57,779 bases of DNA from Catajapyx aquilonaris (taxonomy: Eukaryota). The DNA lies in the NCBI GenBank assembly GCA_000934665.2, contig KZ538121.1:62001-119779 (forward strand), written 5' to 3'. Positions 10,336 through 22,658 of this stretch are shown one piece after another. The notes beneath the pieces were generated by a model, which was not told the DNA's origin, ran no database searches, and saw only the letters and a list, made by a program, of their open reading frames with translations. The first letter of the stretch is position 1, and every line of letters begins with the position of its first letter. Both the position numbers and the translations under genes were made by a program.

Positions 10336-13300
10336 ATGCCGATCCAGGCCCCGCAGTGGACGGAGTTCCTGTCCTGCCCCGTCTGCTGCCATGTTTTCGA
10401 CGGGTCAGTCCGCAGCCCAATCAGCCTGGGATGCGGCCACACCGTCTGCAGGACCTGCCTCTCGCAGCTGCACCGCAAGCAGTGCCCATTCGACCAGACG
10501 GGCATCACCACAGAGCTGGACCACCTCCCCGTCAACATCGCACTGTTGCAGCTGGTCGGGGCTAAGCCCAGCGTCAACAGCGAGTTGGCCGAGTTGGCCG
10601 AGGGACAGCAGCAGGTATGCCCCTGCGCGGGGCTTGGCTCCCTGCCAAAGGACCACCTGCAGCTGTACATGCGGGCAAACAAGTGCATCGAAGACCTGGC
10701 CCTGTACCTCAAGCCGCTCTCAATTGGTGAGTTGTGTCCGATCGCACGTGCCGCAGTTGTCTAATCGCGTTCGTTGCAGGCACAAGCGCTGGAGTGAGCA
10801 GCGGCGGCGGAAATGGCGGCGGCGTTTGCGGCGGAGGGAGCGTGCTGTCGCGTCCGATGCAGCGCAAGCTCGTGACGCTCCTGCACTGCCAGCTGGTTGA
10901 GACGGAGGGACGATCCCGTGCTCTGCGGGCTGCCCGTTCGCTCGGGGAACGAACGGTGACCGAACTGATCCTGCAACACCAGAATCCGCAGCAGCTCTCC
11001 ACCAACCTGTGGGCCGCCGTTAGAGCCAGAGGATGCCAGTTCCTAGGACCAGGTAATGAAACTGCGACCGTACTGTAAGAATGCCACCTTTATTCATAAG
11101 CAACAGATTACGAGAAGCTGAGCCGCCTGTTCCGAATGTCCTGACCCTGATTTATCAAAATGCGGTTCACTTCCTGCTTGACCTGAGCCAACTGCTGGGT
11201 CAACTCTTGACATATCTCGACTAGGTTTTCAAGCTGCTGCGATTTTGTTACTTCGATATGTTCCTGTTGTCTCGCGTGCGATGTGGGTGTGGGCGACGGC
11301 GACGATGGGTGGTGCTGGAAGGGCAATGGCGCATGGGCCGTGGTCACCATTGTCGGCACCACACCCCACCGCCTTTCGATTAGTCTGCGCAACCCTTCAG
11401 CCACATGCAATGGAAGCGCCAGTTCCTTCAGACCAGCCGGTTCATCCACCTGAAGCCAGGCCTCCCCCTCCGGATCGGATGCGTCCAACTGGACCGTGAT
11501 CGTACTCTTGAAGTTCAGGAGCGAGTCCGTCACCAGCCGGGCTGTCCCTGGAGGCAGAAGGGCTTCCAGGTACATCACCGCTTGGGCCAACCGCACCTGC
11601 CGATGGTACTGCGCCTCCTGGAAGAGCCGCTGGATGTCGCTCACGGCCAGACCGATAATCAGGTTCAGCAGGAGAATAGTCAGCGTTGGGACGAACACAG
11701 CCAGAAGCATGTTGGCCGCGGTGGTTGTGACCGGATCGTCCGTCTGTGAAAGACATAGTTACAATCATGATTTATTACCGCATGTGCCGGGACTCACTTC
11801 AAATATCTGCGGGTAGTTGTACTCGCCCACGAACATGATCAGCGTCTTGAGCAGGGCCAGGGCGGGATTGGCGCAGTCTTCCTTGTCGTACAGCAGGACG
11901 TGGAAGGCCATTGCGAACCCAAGGAAGAGCCAGAAGTAAGCCAGAAGGAAGGGAAGGAGGCTCCGCTGCACATGCTGCATCATCACCACGTATATGCCGA
12001 CCCGAGGCAGCCGGCTCATCAGCCCCAGGAACTGGATGCACATTGCGATGGACAGGATGGCGGCCAGGACCCTCGACCAGTTGGCGTCCCCGTCCCAACT
12101 GACCTCGATCGCTGCCATGGCCATGACCGCCCAGTTTAACATGTGCTCCCGTCCGTTGTCGTCCCATCTTAGGTACCGCTTCCCGGCTCTCACCACCTTC
12201 AGAACCTCCAGTAGAATCAGCAGGAGTGCAAAGCCGAGTCCTAAATACTTGGCGCCATCACGGGCCAGCACCATCCCTTCCGACATTGGCAGGGATTGCG
12301 CTCCAAACGGGCGGCCATGCGCCATCACAATGTGCGTGCCCATCACCAGAAGGAACAGCAGGTGGAGGGACGCCAGGAGCCAGAACAGCGGACGGACCCG
12401 GCGCCACTTTAGCGTCAGGAGAGTCTGCGCCAGTGGGTGAGCCAGCACCTTCTGGCGCGCCCGCTGTGGGAGAGTCAGAAGCAGGGCGGCCTCGGAGCGA
12501 CGAGGCGGCGCTCGGAAGAAGGCCAGGTCCAGCAGCATCTTGTTGGGCTCCCCTTCCTGCGGGAGGACACATGCGTCCAGAAGCGGATCCACCAGGGACG
12601 GGGCTCGGGCCAGCGCCACCTGAAGTGTCGTCTCGCCGGACGTCCACTCCTCCTGTAGCGCCGGGAACAGGCCCAACAGCTCCTGCTCCTGGCTGCTTGG
12701 TGTCAGCGCCGACTCGCCGCTCGGAGCCACGTACTTGTGACGTGCCGCCAGCATCAACCGGAGAATGAACAGCAGGCAGTCTGGGCTTCTAGATTTGGCT
12801 GCGGCTTGAAGGACGTTCGGTGCCTTTGTTGGCATTTGCGTTGCTGATGCGATTGTTGCGACCGAGGCCAGTGCGGCACCGGCGGCTGATGCTACGGCGC
12901 TGTATGTGCCCAGAGATGCGCCGCATTCCACCAGGAACTTCAGGTTGGCCAGGTTCCCCGTTGCGGCCGCGTACATGACCGGGGTCTTCCCCTTGTCGTC
13001 GGGGGCGTCGATGGGAGCGCCGGCTTCAAGCAGAAGCTGCAGACAAGCCGGGCCGTCCACGTTCGGCCCCAACGATGCGGCACTGGCATGAAGCGCCGTT
13101 ACGCCTCGCGGGTTCATCTGCGTGACGGACATCCCGACGTCCAACAGCGCCCGGATTGCAGCCGGACGTCCGCTCCTTGCAGCCAGAAGCAACGGCGGGT
13201 CTCCGCCACAGCCTGCATCGAAAGACTCGGTAATAAACGGGGACTTCCTCATTGCCGGCTAATTGACAAGTGACTCACCGGGACGTGTGGCGTCTGCCCC

Positions 13301-16300
13301 TTTTAACAGAAGCAGCTGGATGCACGGCACAGACCCTGCTCTGCATGCTGTGTGGAGCGGCGTCTCTCCCTTTGAATGAATAGGAAAACAATGGGTTGCT
13401 GTCATGTTGTCAGCTTGACAACTGGGACTCACCGGTGAAATGGAGTTGACCGGTGGCAGCTTCCTTTTGCCGAGAAGCCTGGCCAGTGGATCCAGGTATG
13501 CGGATGGCGCTAGTAAGATGGAGTTGGTGCCATGCGTCGGTGCGTACGGCGGGAGAGGAGCCGGCACATGCGAGTAGACTCTGCCGCACCGTACAGCGTC
13601 GTGTGCGTCCGCGACGTCCATGTCCGGATTGGCATTGAGCAGAACCTGCGATACTGTCAGATGTCCCGATGCGCATGCGAGATGCAGCGGGAGCTGCCCC
13701 AGTCTGTTGGGAGTCAACGGAACGGCGCCTTTAGCCAGAAGCACCTGTGCCGCCCCGCCTCTGCCATGCCGGGCGGCCCAGTGAAGCGGCGTGTCCTGCA
13801 ACGGCCCCAGCCTCGAATTGGGCAGGGAGTCATCTTCATCCAGCAGCGACTCCAATCGCTGGAGGTCGTCCGATGGCCAGACGGCATCAAACACGGCTTG
13901 AACCGGGGACGATGCGGCTGCTGCCTTGTTGCCAAACCTCCGAAGCGGCCTCAGCATCGGCTTTGGCTTGCTCTTGGCTCGTGGCCGCTGGTGGTAGCCG
14001 TTCGGAGGGTTGCGGGACGGTGAGCGGCTCCAAGGGTTTCGAGGGGCGACCAAAGGGCTGCCGGTCGGTGGGGTGGTTGTCGGCCCCTGGGCGGTTATAA
14101 TGGACGGGGTGACCTGGAGCTGCGGGCTTCGGGTGTGGCTCAGACCATTGTTGTTGGGGCGCCAGGCTGGGAACTGGCGGAATGCGCTTGCCTCGGTTGC
14201 CTGCGAAATACAGAAGCTGGTTTTGAGTGGCACTCTCGTTAGTGACATGCCAACACTTGGACGGCGCGCCGGTGATCTTACCGTCCGACTTGGCACAACG
14301 GATGGTTTTCATTGGAGCTGTCTGTTCTGTTACTTTTTAAAAACCCGACTTTTGTTCTGATGAGGCTTACAAGTTCTATAGATTGTTGACTGCCCTTCCC
14401 AGCAGTACCAGCCCGTCAATTGTTGACGGAAACGTGAGGCGACCTTACCTTCTTGAAAGGTGCAACGATGCATCGGGCAACAATGGAGTTGATGTTGATC
14501 ACAGCGAATCTGGGCTTGTTCGCTCCCGCTTTGGGCTGCACCTTCATCGTCTGTTACATGCGGCAAAGTGATTTTCAGCGAGGTGACACATGAATCGCTT
14601 GTCAGACTAACCGCACGCCGCTAATTTTGTTGTTTCTCAAGGTTGGCACAAAAGGTTTGTTGCGGCTCATAAAAATGTGTGAGAGTCAATCACCGGTATG
14701 GAAATCGGTTATTGTCCTTGTACTTGGAAGGGCAGTATTTTTACGCCTACGTACATAACGTTTGGTATTGCTTCGTACAAAACATGACTGACGTATCTAG
14801 TGCACACGTTAAATGCCGTGCATACTTTCTTATCCGGAGATAAGCGCAGAGGTCTAGGCTTGGCCTCATTTATCGTTACCTTCGCCCGCTATTACCTGCT
14901 GGAGCAATGACGGAGCCATTCCTGGAGCATTCACATGGTTTACGCTAAAGTCGACCCGTCTGATCGGAGGCGGTCGCGGGATCCCCCGTTGGCTCCTGGG
15001 GTTAAAAGCTTGGACCACTTCCTCCTCCTCATCGTCCGCAACTTCATCTCCGCCCAGCACGATCCCTCCGTCCTCCTCATCGTCCTCATCCGACTGCCGC
15101 ACCACAGCGATTCTTCTTCGATCCTCCATTTTGCCTGTTCACATATCCACCTCAGCTGATCTTGTCTGCAGGAATGGGTCTGAAGATTCCGAAGGTGGAC
15201 TCTAATCATCATTGATAACGAACTGATTGGTTTTTCCCCCCCACAATCTTACATCCCACTTCACACGGTTCCCCTTGACATGCCCATCTTGTCAGACAAT
15301 TGCAGTAATTGTTAGCCATCATGTTATCATGCAGTGTGTATACAGGTCCGATAAATATTTCTTCTAGACAGTCCAAGAAAAATTCATTGTAAACAGGTTG
15401 ACATGAAGGTTGACATGAAGGACGTTGCGAAATGCGGCTCACTGGTGTTGCATAAAATATTGGTGTCATTCCGGTAATTTTTGTTGCGTATTAGTGAATG
15501 TTCGGCAGCACAATGTAATTTCGCCACCTCGACAATGGATGCTCATGAATAATTGCGATGAGGAAGTCGTCAACAGAAACAAACAATGCTATTGAATAGT
15601 CGCAAATAAGGTTATTCGACAGATGGAAGTTTCGGACGATTCAGATGTGCATTCGGATTGTAAGATAACGGACTTGATAACGATTTGCAACATCACGCCA
15701 GAATTTTAAAAAAAAACATGCCACCAAATCGGGAAGTTGCGGATCAAGGACCTTAATCGTTCCTTTCCCAATGCAAATGTGGCTTTTGTCACGTCAACCG
15801 GAGCAGGCCGTGACGCCAGCAATCAACAGTTTCCCAGAAAAAAAAAGGTGCTATCTGAAAGCAAATTGTCAACCGCGGCTTGTCGTAACACACTTCATTA
15901 TCTCCCCAACAAAAAGTTAGGCTGACAGGTGCTGCGTGCGTATCTATTGTTTTATACTCAAGTTCGTACATATGCTACGGAGGACATTTGTTGAGCAACA
16001 AGACGCTTATCAATGAATGAAATACAATTAGCGATGAGCACTTATTGTGCGATCCAATCGAGAGTAATTAGATGGTGATTTTTATATTTTTCCAGCGATG
16101 CAAGAGGAGGTTCTGAAGCTGGTTCTCCTGGCGCTGGAAGATGGCTCGGCTCTCTCCCGCAAAGTCCTGGTGATGTTTGTTGTCCAGCGTCTGGAGCCTC
16201 ACTTTCCGCAGGCCTCCAAAACATCTATAGGCCACGTGGTCCAGCTTCTCTACAGAGCATCGTGCTTTAAGGTAATGATATTTTTGCGAAAGGCTCGTTA

Positions 16301-19300
16301 CTGGTGCTAATTGCTGATTCGCAGGTGTCGAAACGTGAGGGCGACTCTTCACTGATGCAGCTGAAAGAGGAGTTCCGCACGTACGAAGCCCTGAGACGCG
16401 AGCATGATGCGCAGATTGTGCAGATAGCCACCGAGGCTGGGCTGCGAATCGCTCCTGACCAGTGGTCAGCCCTTTTGTACGGAGACACCGCCCACAAGTC
16501 GCACATGCAGAGCATCATAGACAAGCTGCAGACTCCGCAGTCGTTCGCACAGTCGGTGCAGGAGCTTGTAATCGCATTGCAGCGAACTGGAGACCCTGGA
16601 AACCTCTCGACGCTAAGAAGCCACCTGGAACTTCTGGCCGCAATCGATCCGAGCCCAGGTTGGTTAGATCGACTTGCGACTGTTTCTCAACACAATGATA
16701 ACAATGCGTATCATTCGTTGGCCTGATTTATCAGCAGGAAGTGTGGCTCTCGTTCCTCTTGACCTTTTCTTCCTGTTTCACCAGATGCACCGGTGCCGTC
16801 ATGGCTTGAGTTATGCAAGGCGATGGAGGCTGTCCTGGTTGTGGTCCGCGGTTTGGCCGACTTCCTCCAGCACCACGTGAGCCGTAAAGCGCCGGAGTCG
16901 GGCCATCCGCATGGAGCGAAATACAAGACCAGCATGTGTCGAGATCTGACCCTGAGAGGGTCGTGTCCAAGGGCAGCCTCATGCACCTTTGCCCACTCGG
17001 AGGAGGAGCTTGAGAAGTATGCCCACTTCATCTCTTGGTTCTTCGCAAAAATGTGGGTGTCCGTACCGTAGTTTGCGCTGATTGTACTAGTGGCCGGTGC
17101 GCTAATTTTTAGCAGGAAGTATTAACATTAGTTGGTTTGCAGGTACAGAGCAAAGAACAGGCGGACCACGACCCGCACGACCCTTCCGGGCAAAGGCGAC
17201 AAGGAGCTGGGTCTGCACAAGGACCGGATTCTCATGCAGGCGGACGACGTGATGTTCTCATCGCCACCGTTTGAGCCGCAAGGTTCAGACGGCGAGGTCA
17301 CATGTAAGGCCGCATTGCATCATTTGGGTTGAATTTGTGTTAACGCTGTTGCTTTCAGGGAGCCACGAGTTGCGTCCGTCTTACCGTGGGCACCATCCGG
17401 TTGTAGGACGAGGGCTTTCAAGCGGGGGCAAAGGCCCGCCGCCGCCGCCTCATTACGTCGGACCTCCTCCTCCGCATCCGCACTCCGGGGACTTTCCGTC
17501 TCCATACCCGCCGTCATATTCGCTCTGGGGCCAGCCGGCTGTGTACCAACAAGGCGGAGGTCCACCGCCACCGCCGCACCATCCGCCGCCTCCTCATCCA
17601 CAAGTGTTTGCAGCAATCCCTCCCATATTTGCTGCTGACATTTACACTCCAAGTGGCGTTGTGGTTAACGGCCCGGTGTACGTACCAGCGCCAGGAACAG
17701 GCCCGGGGCAACCCCCACCGCAAGATTTTTCGACCCATCCGCCCCCGCCGCCTCCGCCTCCACCGCTGCCTCCGCCTCCCTTACCGCCACCGGTCACCAC
17801 ATCAGCCAGGCCGGGTGTGTGGGGCGACCACCTGGTAGCTCCAGTCATTCCCGTAACCCCAGTGAAGTCGGCCAGTGCGGTCAGTACGCTCAGCTCCGGA
17901 TGGACCGTTCCTGCCGTAAGTTTCAGCGGTTTCCATGGCGGGTTGGTGCTCACCGGTTCATTGCAGGCGATGGCGACCAAGAGCCTGGCAGCGCTTCAGC
18001 AACGTCGCCAGGAGATACTCAGCAGGCTGGAGAAGGTCCTGGGGAAACCCGGGATAGCCGTTGCGACCTCCGCCGCGCCCACTTCATCCGCAATGTCAAC
18101 ATCCGCATCCACATCCAGCTCCGCAATCACCTGCAGCACGGCCGCAACATCCGGACACACCCGGCTGCTCAGAAGGGTATGCCCCTAATTAACCACCACT
18201 TAAACATACCTCATTGGACGTTCGTTACGCAGGCGGCGTCTCTTCCGGCGAGCGACGAGATGCCTCATTCCACCTTCTCAATCTGGACAAGCGAAGGGGT
18301 GTACCACGCTGGAGGTTCCCACTACCGGCTGGAGGCAGGGATGGACGAGGAGGATTTCATCCCGTTCGACCCGCCAATTGTGAGCAAGTACGGGCCCATC
18401 TCCCGGCTGTCCAAGGCGCTTCTCAGGCCGCCAAACCCGGTGCAGGTCTCATCCGCGTTGGGGGACTCCACCGTTTCAACCCCGATGGTGTGGAGGCCGG
18501 TGCCAGCAGCAAGCCCAGTCCCGTCGCTGTACTACAACAATGGGACAGGTAGGTCCCATTCGGTATGGTCTGGGCGTGGATTTCATCCGATGCGCTTACC
18601 CGCAGCGTACGCCCAACCTCCGGCGGCACTAGTGGCCGGTACGCATCACCACCACCACCACCATCATCTCGGAAGCGTGTCAGCAGCCGGACTTGGCGAG
18701 GGATTCATCACAATCGGCCACGGAATTGTAGATCCGCTCTGCGTCCAAGGGCGGGGCGGCCCAGGGGCAGAGTCGGGCGGATTGGTCTTCGCCTGCAAGG
18801 AATCAGAGTAAGTCGCTGATTAGTCACGCTCAATGTGGCATTAACTGCCGGTTTTTACAGCATTCTGGCTGAGTCGCAGCTGTTGCGCCAACAGCTGCGT
18901 GACTTGGAGCGGAAGATACATGACTTGAAGGTGAGTACCGCCTGATGCGGGTTGAACGGCTAATCCGGACGCCGCATCTCGTTTCAGCTGGCGACCCAGC
19001 GCGGATCGGCCATCTCGGAAGGCGAGCGGCTGAGTCAGGAATTGGCGGTGATAGAGCAAGGGATACGCGCCAAGGAGAAGGAGCTCGGACTGGTCAGTTC
19101 CTCGCCAAGTGTTACCACCGCTGCTTCAACCGTTGCTTCCCCTTCCCCGTCTCCCTCACCTCCATCTCTCCCCAAGCGGGAGACGGATCTAATCAAGTGG
19201 TTTGTGCCGCAGCAGAACAGCCTCCCTGTCACCACTGCCACCCTGGGAGGATGCGGCGAAGAAGACCACACCTGGGGAGGTCACCACTTGACCGCCACGG

Positions 19301-19549
19301 ACTGGAAGAAAGGAGGCGGCCAGGTCGACTCCAACGACGACGTAAGTTGCGCTGTAAGTTGCGACGCGATTGATCCTTTCGCTTGCTTCCTAGGAGGCTA
19401 CGTACGAGCAAGATATCGACCAGGACATGCGTGAGCTTGAGCGTCGCTGGGAGTACGAACTGGAGGAGGAAGAGGACGCCTTCTGGTCAAGCGAGGACGA
19501 GGACAAGGTGGCCACACCTGCTTCGGGAAGTCCCGCGGGCAAGAAGTAA
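10336..19549 (+). CDS. RC3H1: Roquin (RING - ROQ - CCCH zinc finger RNA-binding protein)
   Basis: Exons 10336-10726, 10780-11052, 16096-16271, 16325-16658, 16785-17016, 17143-17282/17303, 17359-17915, 17967-18176, 18233-18548, 18606-18807, 18861-18930, 18988-19341 and 19394-19549. [33 protein letters not shown]...[22 protein letters not shown] domain, [18 protein letters not shown] finger, and [17 protein letters not shown]. Confidence 0.97.
11108..15129 (-). CDS. TRPA-family cation channel (Pyrexia/Waterwitch/TRPA5-like), nested antisense in a Roquin intron
   Basis: Common exons 14200-13433, 13369-13279, 13212-11798 and 11743-11108, with candidate first exons 15129-14896 or 14547-14449. Ankyrin repeats ([36 protein letters not shown]), [12 protein letters not shown], six hydrophobic segments, pore [14 protein letters not shown]6 [14 protein letters not shown] and a C-terminal coiled coil. 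AATAAA at 11094-11089. Confidence 0.92.
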
Positions 19550-21990
19550 CAATGGCCGGTGAAGAATGTTGCCTAGATCCCCCCCTCCAAAAAAGGCTGC
19601 TTCATTCCATTACGTACTGCATTCACTTTTTATACGTACCAAAAGTTTGGCAGCGCCTTCGTCGTGAAATGCGGGGGGCGGAAAGGCAGCAATCTTGGCC
19701 GACCGAGTCGTAACGCTGTTTGTAAAGCGGTTGTAACGATGTAAGCGGTGGTTACGGGCAGATTTCGGGTTGCATCGCAAGAGAGTGGCTTTTTCACCAA
19801 ATTGGTGACTATATTCCCTTTCCCGTCCCCCACAAAAGTGATCCCCCCNCCCCCCCCCTACCTATAGCGTAACCTCCCCCCCTCCTTTTTTTAATTTTTA
19901 TATAGAGGCGACTGTTGTATACTTTCCGAACCATGGAAGGAACAGAAACCAATTCAGCTCGTTGTCTGAGTCAATTTATTCTTTAGAAGAGAGCAAACGC
20001 ATCCTTTTTTTTTTGTCTTTACGTTTGTTTCTTTCACTCTCTGGGCTAGTGATGCAGCCCGAATCGCAGCCCGTCAAGTTAATGCAACAAAGTATCGGTG
20101 CGAATTAGAACCTGGCGTACACAATTCCTAGCGCATTTTTTTTTACGAACCAATTTAGGCCTACACGTTTACGAAAAAAAAAGGTGTAAAAATCCGCAGC
20201 CTCTCACAACAAACGGATTGATTTGATCAATTGAATTGACTACTTGCATGTTACACATGTGCTATACATTGTCATCCAAATGTCCCCCTTCACATACGGA
20301 CACATTCGAAGCGAGCACACAGGTTTATTTCGTGTTTTACGTACTTCAAATAGTGGCTTGCATTTACAATTTTTCCACACCGAGGCAGCACAGTCCGTTT
20401 TTGTATGTTTAACATTGATTTATTATTTTAAATGTTTTTATTTTCCGGGGATTAATCGACATGTATGTGGAGGGGGGATGTGGGAGAGCCGAGTGGACAG
20501 AAGGAACTTACCATTCTTCAGACCACTTGCTCCAGGAGGCTGTCGGAAAACACTAACCGCAAAGTACGCACTTATCACTGCCCAATTTCATTCTTCGTAC
20601 TCCGAGAGAGAGTAACCGCACGTACTTCAAAAGAAAGCATTGCACAAGCTCGAGGAAGAACGTGTGCCCAGGTTCGGCACAAGATATTTGATTACCAATG
20701 TGATCATAATTCACAAGAATGTTGCATCAATTTTCTTCCCCCCAAGCCGCCGCAAATTTAAATGGGAATTTGTTTTTAAAAAAAAAGTGTGTAATGACAC
20801 TGTGACACTTTGTACTTTTAATGTCACAGTCCTATGCGAACTATGCTTCGTTTTTTCTTTCCTTTATTTGAAAAGAAAAAGTAACCGAAATGGATAATCA
20901 TAATGATACAAAGAGATTTTGTGGGCATATAAATGAGTGTCCCCTTCCCCCGCCCCCCCCCCAAAGAGAAGTTCTTATAGTTGTTGTCCACTACATGTTT
21001 CTATTATTACGATAGTTTTTCCTTCTTGAATGCTGAGAGAGATGACGTAATGTTTTTGCCGGCTATTATATAGCTGTTGGGAGAGTTTTTTCCCTACAAT
21101 TTTTGCCCCCCCCACCCTCAGAAAAAGTTTTTTCTATTATATAGCCATTTATAATTTTTTCTTTTTGGGTTTTCTCATCACATATTATATATATATTATA
21201 ACAGCTGTCGAGTGCAAATTGCACCTTGCTTTACTGTTGTTTTTCTTAACAGCTACTTGTTTAATTGTGTATTATTATAACTACATAACAAAAAGTGTTA
21301 TATCGTCCCCCATGGATGCGCAATCCCCCGCCCCCAATCCCGATTATTATAGTTGTTCCAAAACCTTCTGTGCACGTATGTAGATATTGTGCGATCATGT
21401 GTGGAGGAATAAGGAGACCTGTTATTATTTTTCAAAAAAATAATATTACAAAAAAATTGGCTATCCCGAGCGATTGCTTCGGAAACAATTGTGCTCCTTT
21501 GTCCTCGACAAAAATTTATCTTTGCTGTACCAGTACATGAAATTGTTTGTGAATGTTCACGTTTGCCCCCCCCACCCCATCCCAAAAAAAAAAACCTTGC
21601 TCCAGTTTTAACGAGCGAGCAACGTACATAATTGCAAGCGACTAAAATATACGTATGTCCAGTTAGGCGGAGAGCAGATACAATTTTGTAACCAGTTTTT
21701 TGTCTCGGTTTAATTTTTTTTACTCTTTGAGTTAATAGGGCAGAGTGCAAATAACCAGTGATTTGCCCTGAGTGTGTACGGAGGGTACGTACGTAGACCG
21801 AGAAGCGAGGTGCGGATGTGATCGCAGGAGGGGGGGAGAAAAAAAACAACGGAACTCTTTTTTTGGGCTGTAGATGCATCTTTTTTAGGAAGGCATGTTG
21901 CGCATGTTTATCGTTTCGATTATATTAATCACTTGCAGTAATTTGGTGGCTGAAAATAAAGAAAAAAAATACATAACGATGGTAATAAAA
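19550..21990 (+). promoter_or_regulatory. Probable long AU-rich Roquin 3' UTR with CDE-like triloop hairpins
   Basis: No credible ORF. AATAAA at 21955 and about 21984. Hairpins with pyrimidine-purine-pyrimidine triloops at 20245-20261, 21060-21076 and 21523-21535. Confidence 0.5.
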
Positions 21991-22039
21991 GAAAAGCAAA
22001 AACATGTTATTACCTACCTTCAAAAAAAAACTAATGAAT

Positions 22040-22285
22040 TTTTTCATAATTTGAATTCCCCGCATTTTTCAGTCTTTTTTTGGATCAAACATGGCCGCGC
22101 CCATTTGGATCAAACATGGCGGCCACTTGGATTGCCTAACTTTAAAAAAAAACTACTTCCATAATTTGAATTCCCCGCGTTTTTCAGTCATTTTTTGGAT
22201 CAAACATGGCCGCGCCCATTTGGATCAAACATGGCGGCCACTTGGATCAAACATGGCTGTCCCCATGTGGATTAAACATGGCTGC
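22040..22285. repeat. Local duplication with repeated TTGGATCAAACATGGC (YY1-like) units upstream of SCaMC
   Basis: A ~115-bp duplicated block contains about 6 copies of GGATCAAACATGGC. A related inverted pair lies at 33298-33343 upstream of PGLS. Confidence 0.8.
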
Positions 22286-22658
22286 CCATTTGTGCTAGTC
22301 CGAACCTTCGTCAGCAAGATAGCCATTTTTAGTCCGCACACACTGGCGGCGGCCATCTTTGGTCCATATTTGCAGTCCCCGTCCGTCAGTTGGCGCCACT
22401 GCGCATATATCACCCGGTTGTCCGCAGTCAGTCAGATAGAGGTAATGCAGTCGACGCAGTGTGGGTGTCGCGTCACCACGGGTCACCCGATGTCCTGCCC
22501 GCCGCACGCGGAGGGAAGCGCGTAATAGTCGGCCTGGAACCACAGGAACACCCAGAGAGTGGGGAGGCAGGCCAGTGAAGTTTCGTCCGCAGTGCAGATC
22601 CTCCACACAAAAAATCGTTAGGGTGATGCGGTGGTGACACGGCACCCAGCCCCCAGTG

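Noticed and set aside
10615..10662. GTATGC donor within Roquin coding exon 1
   Set aside because: The frame reads through into conserved [12 protein letters not shown], so no intron is required.
13259..13278. 20-nt intron in the TRPA gene
   Set aside because: Too short. The acceptor at 13213 gives a normal 66-nt intron that preserves the ankyrin repeat.
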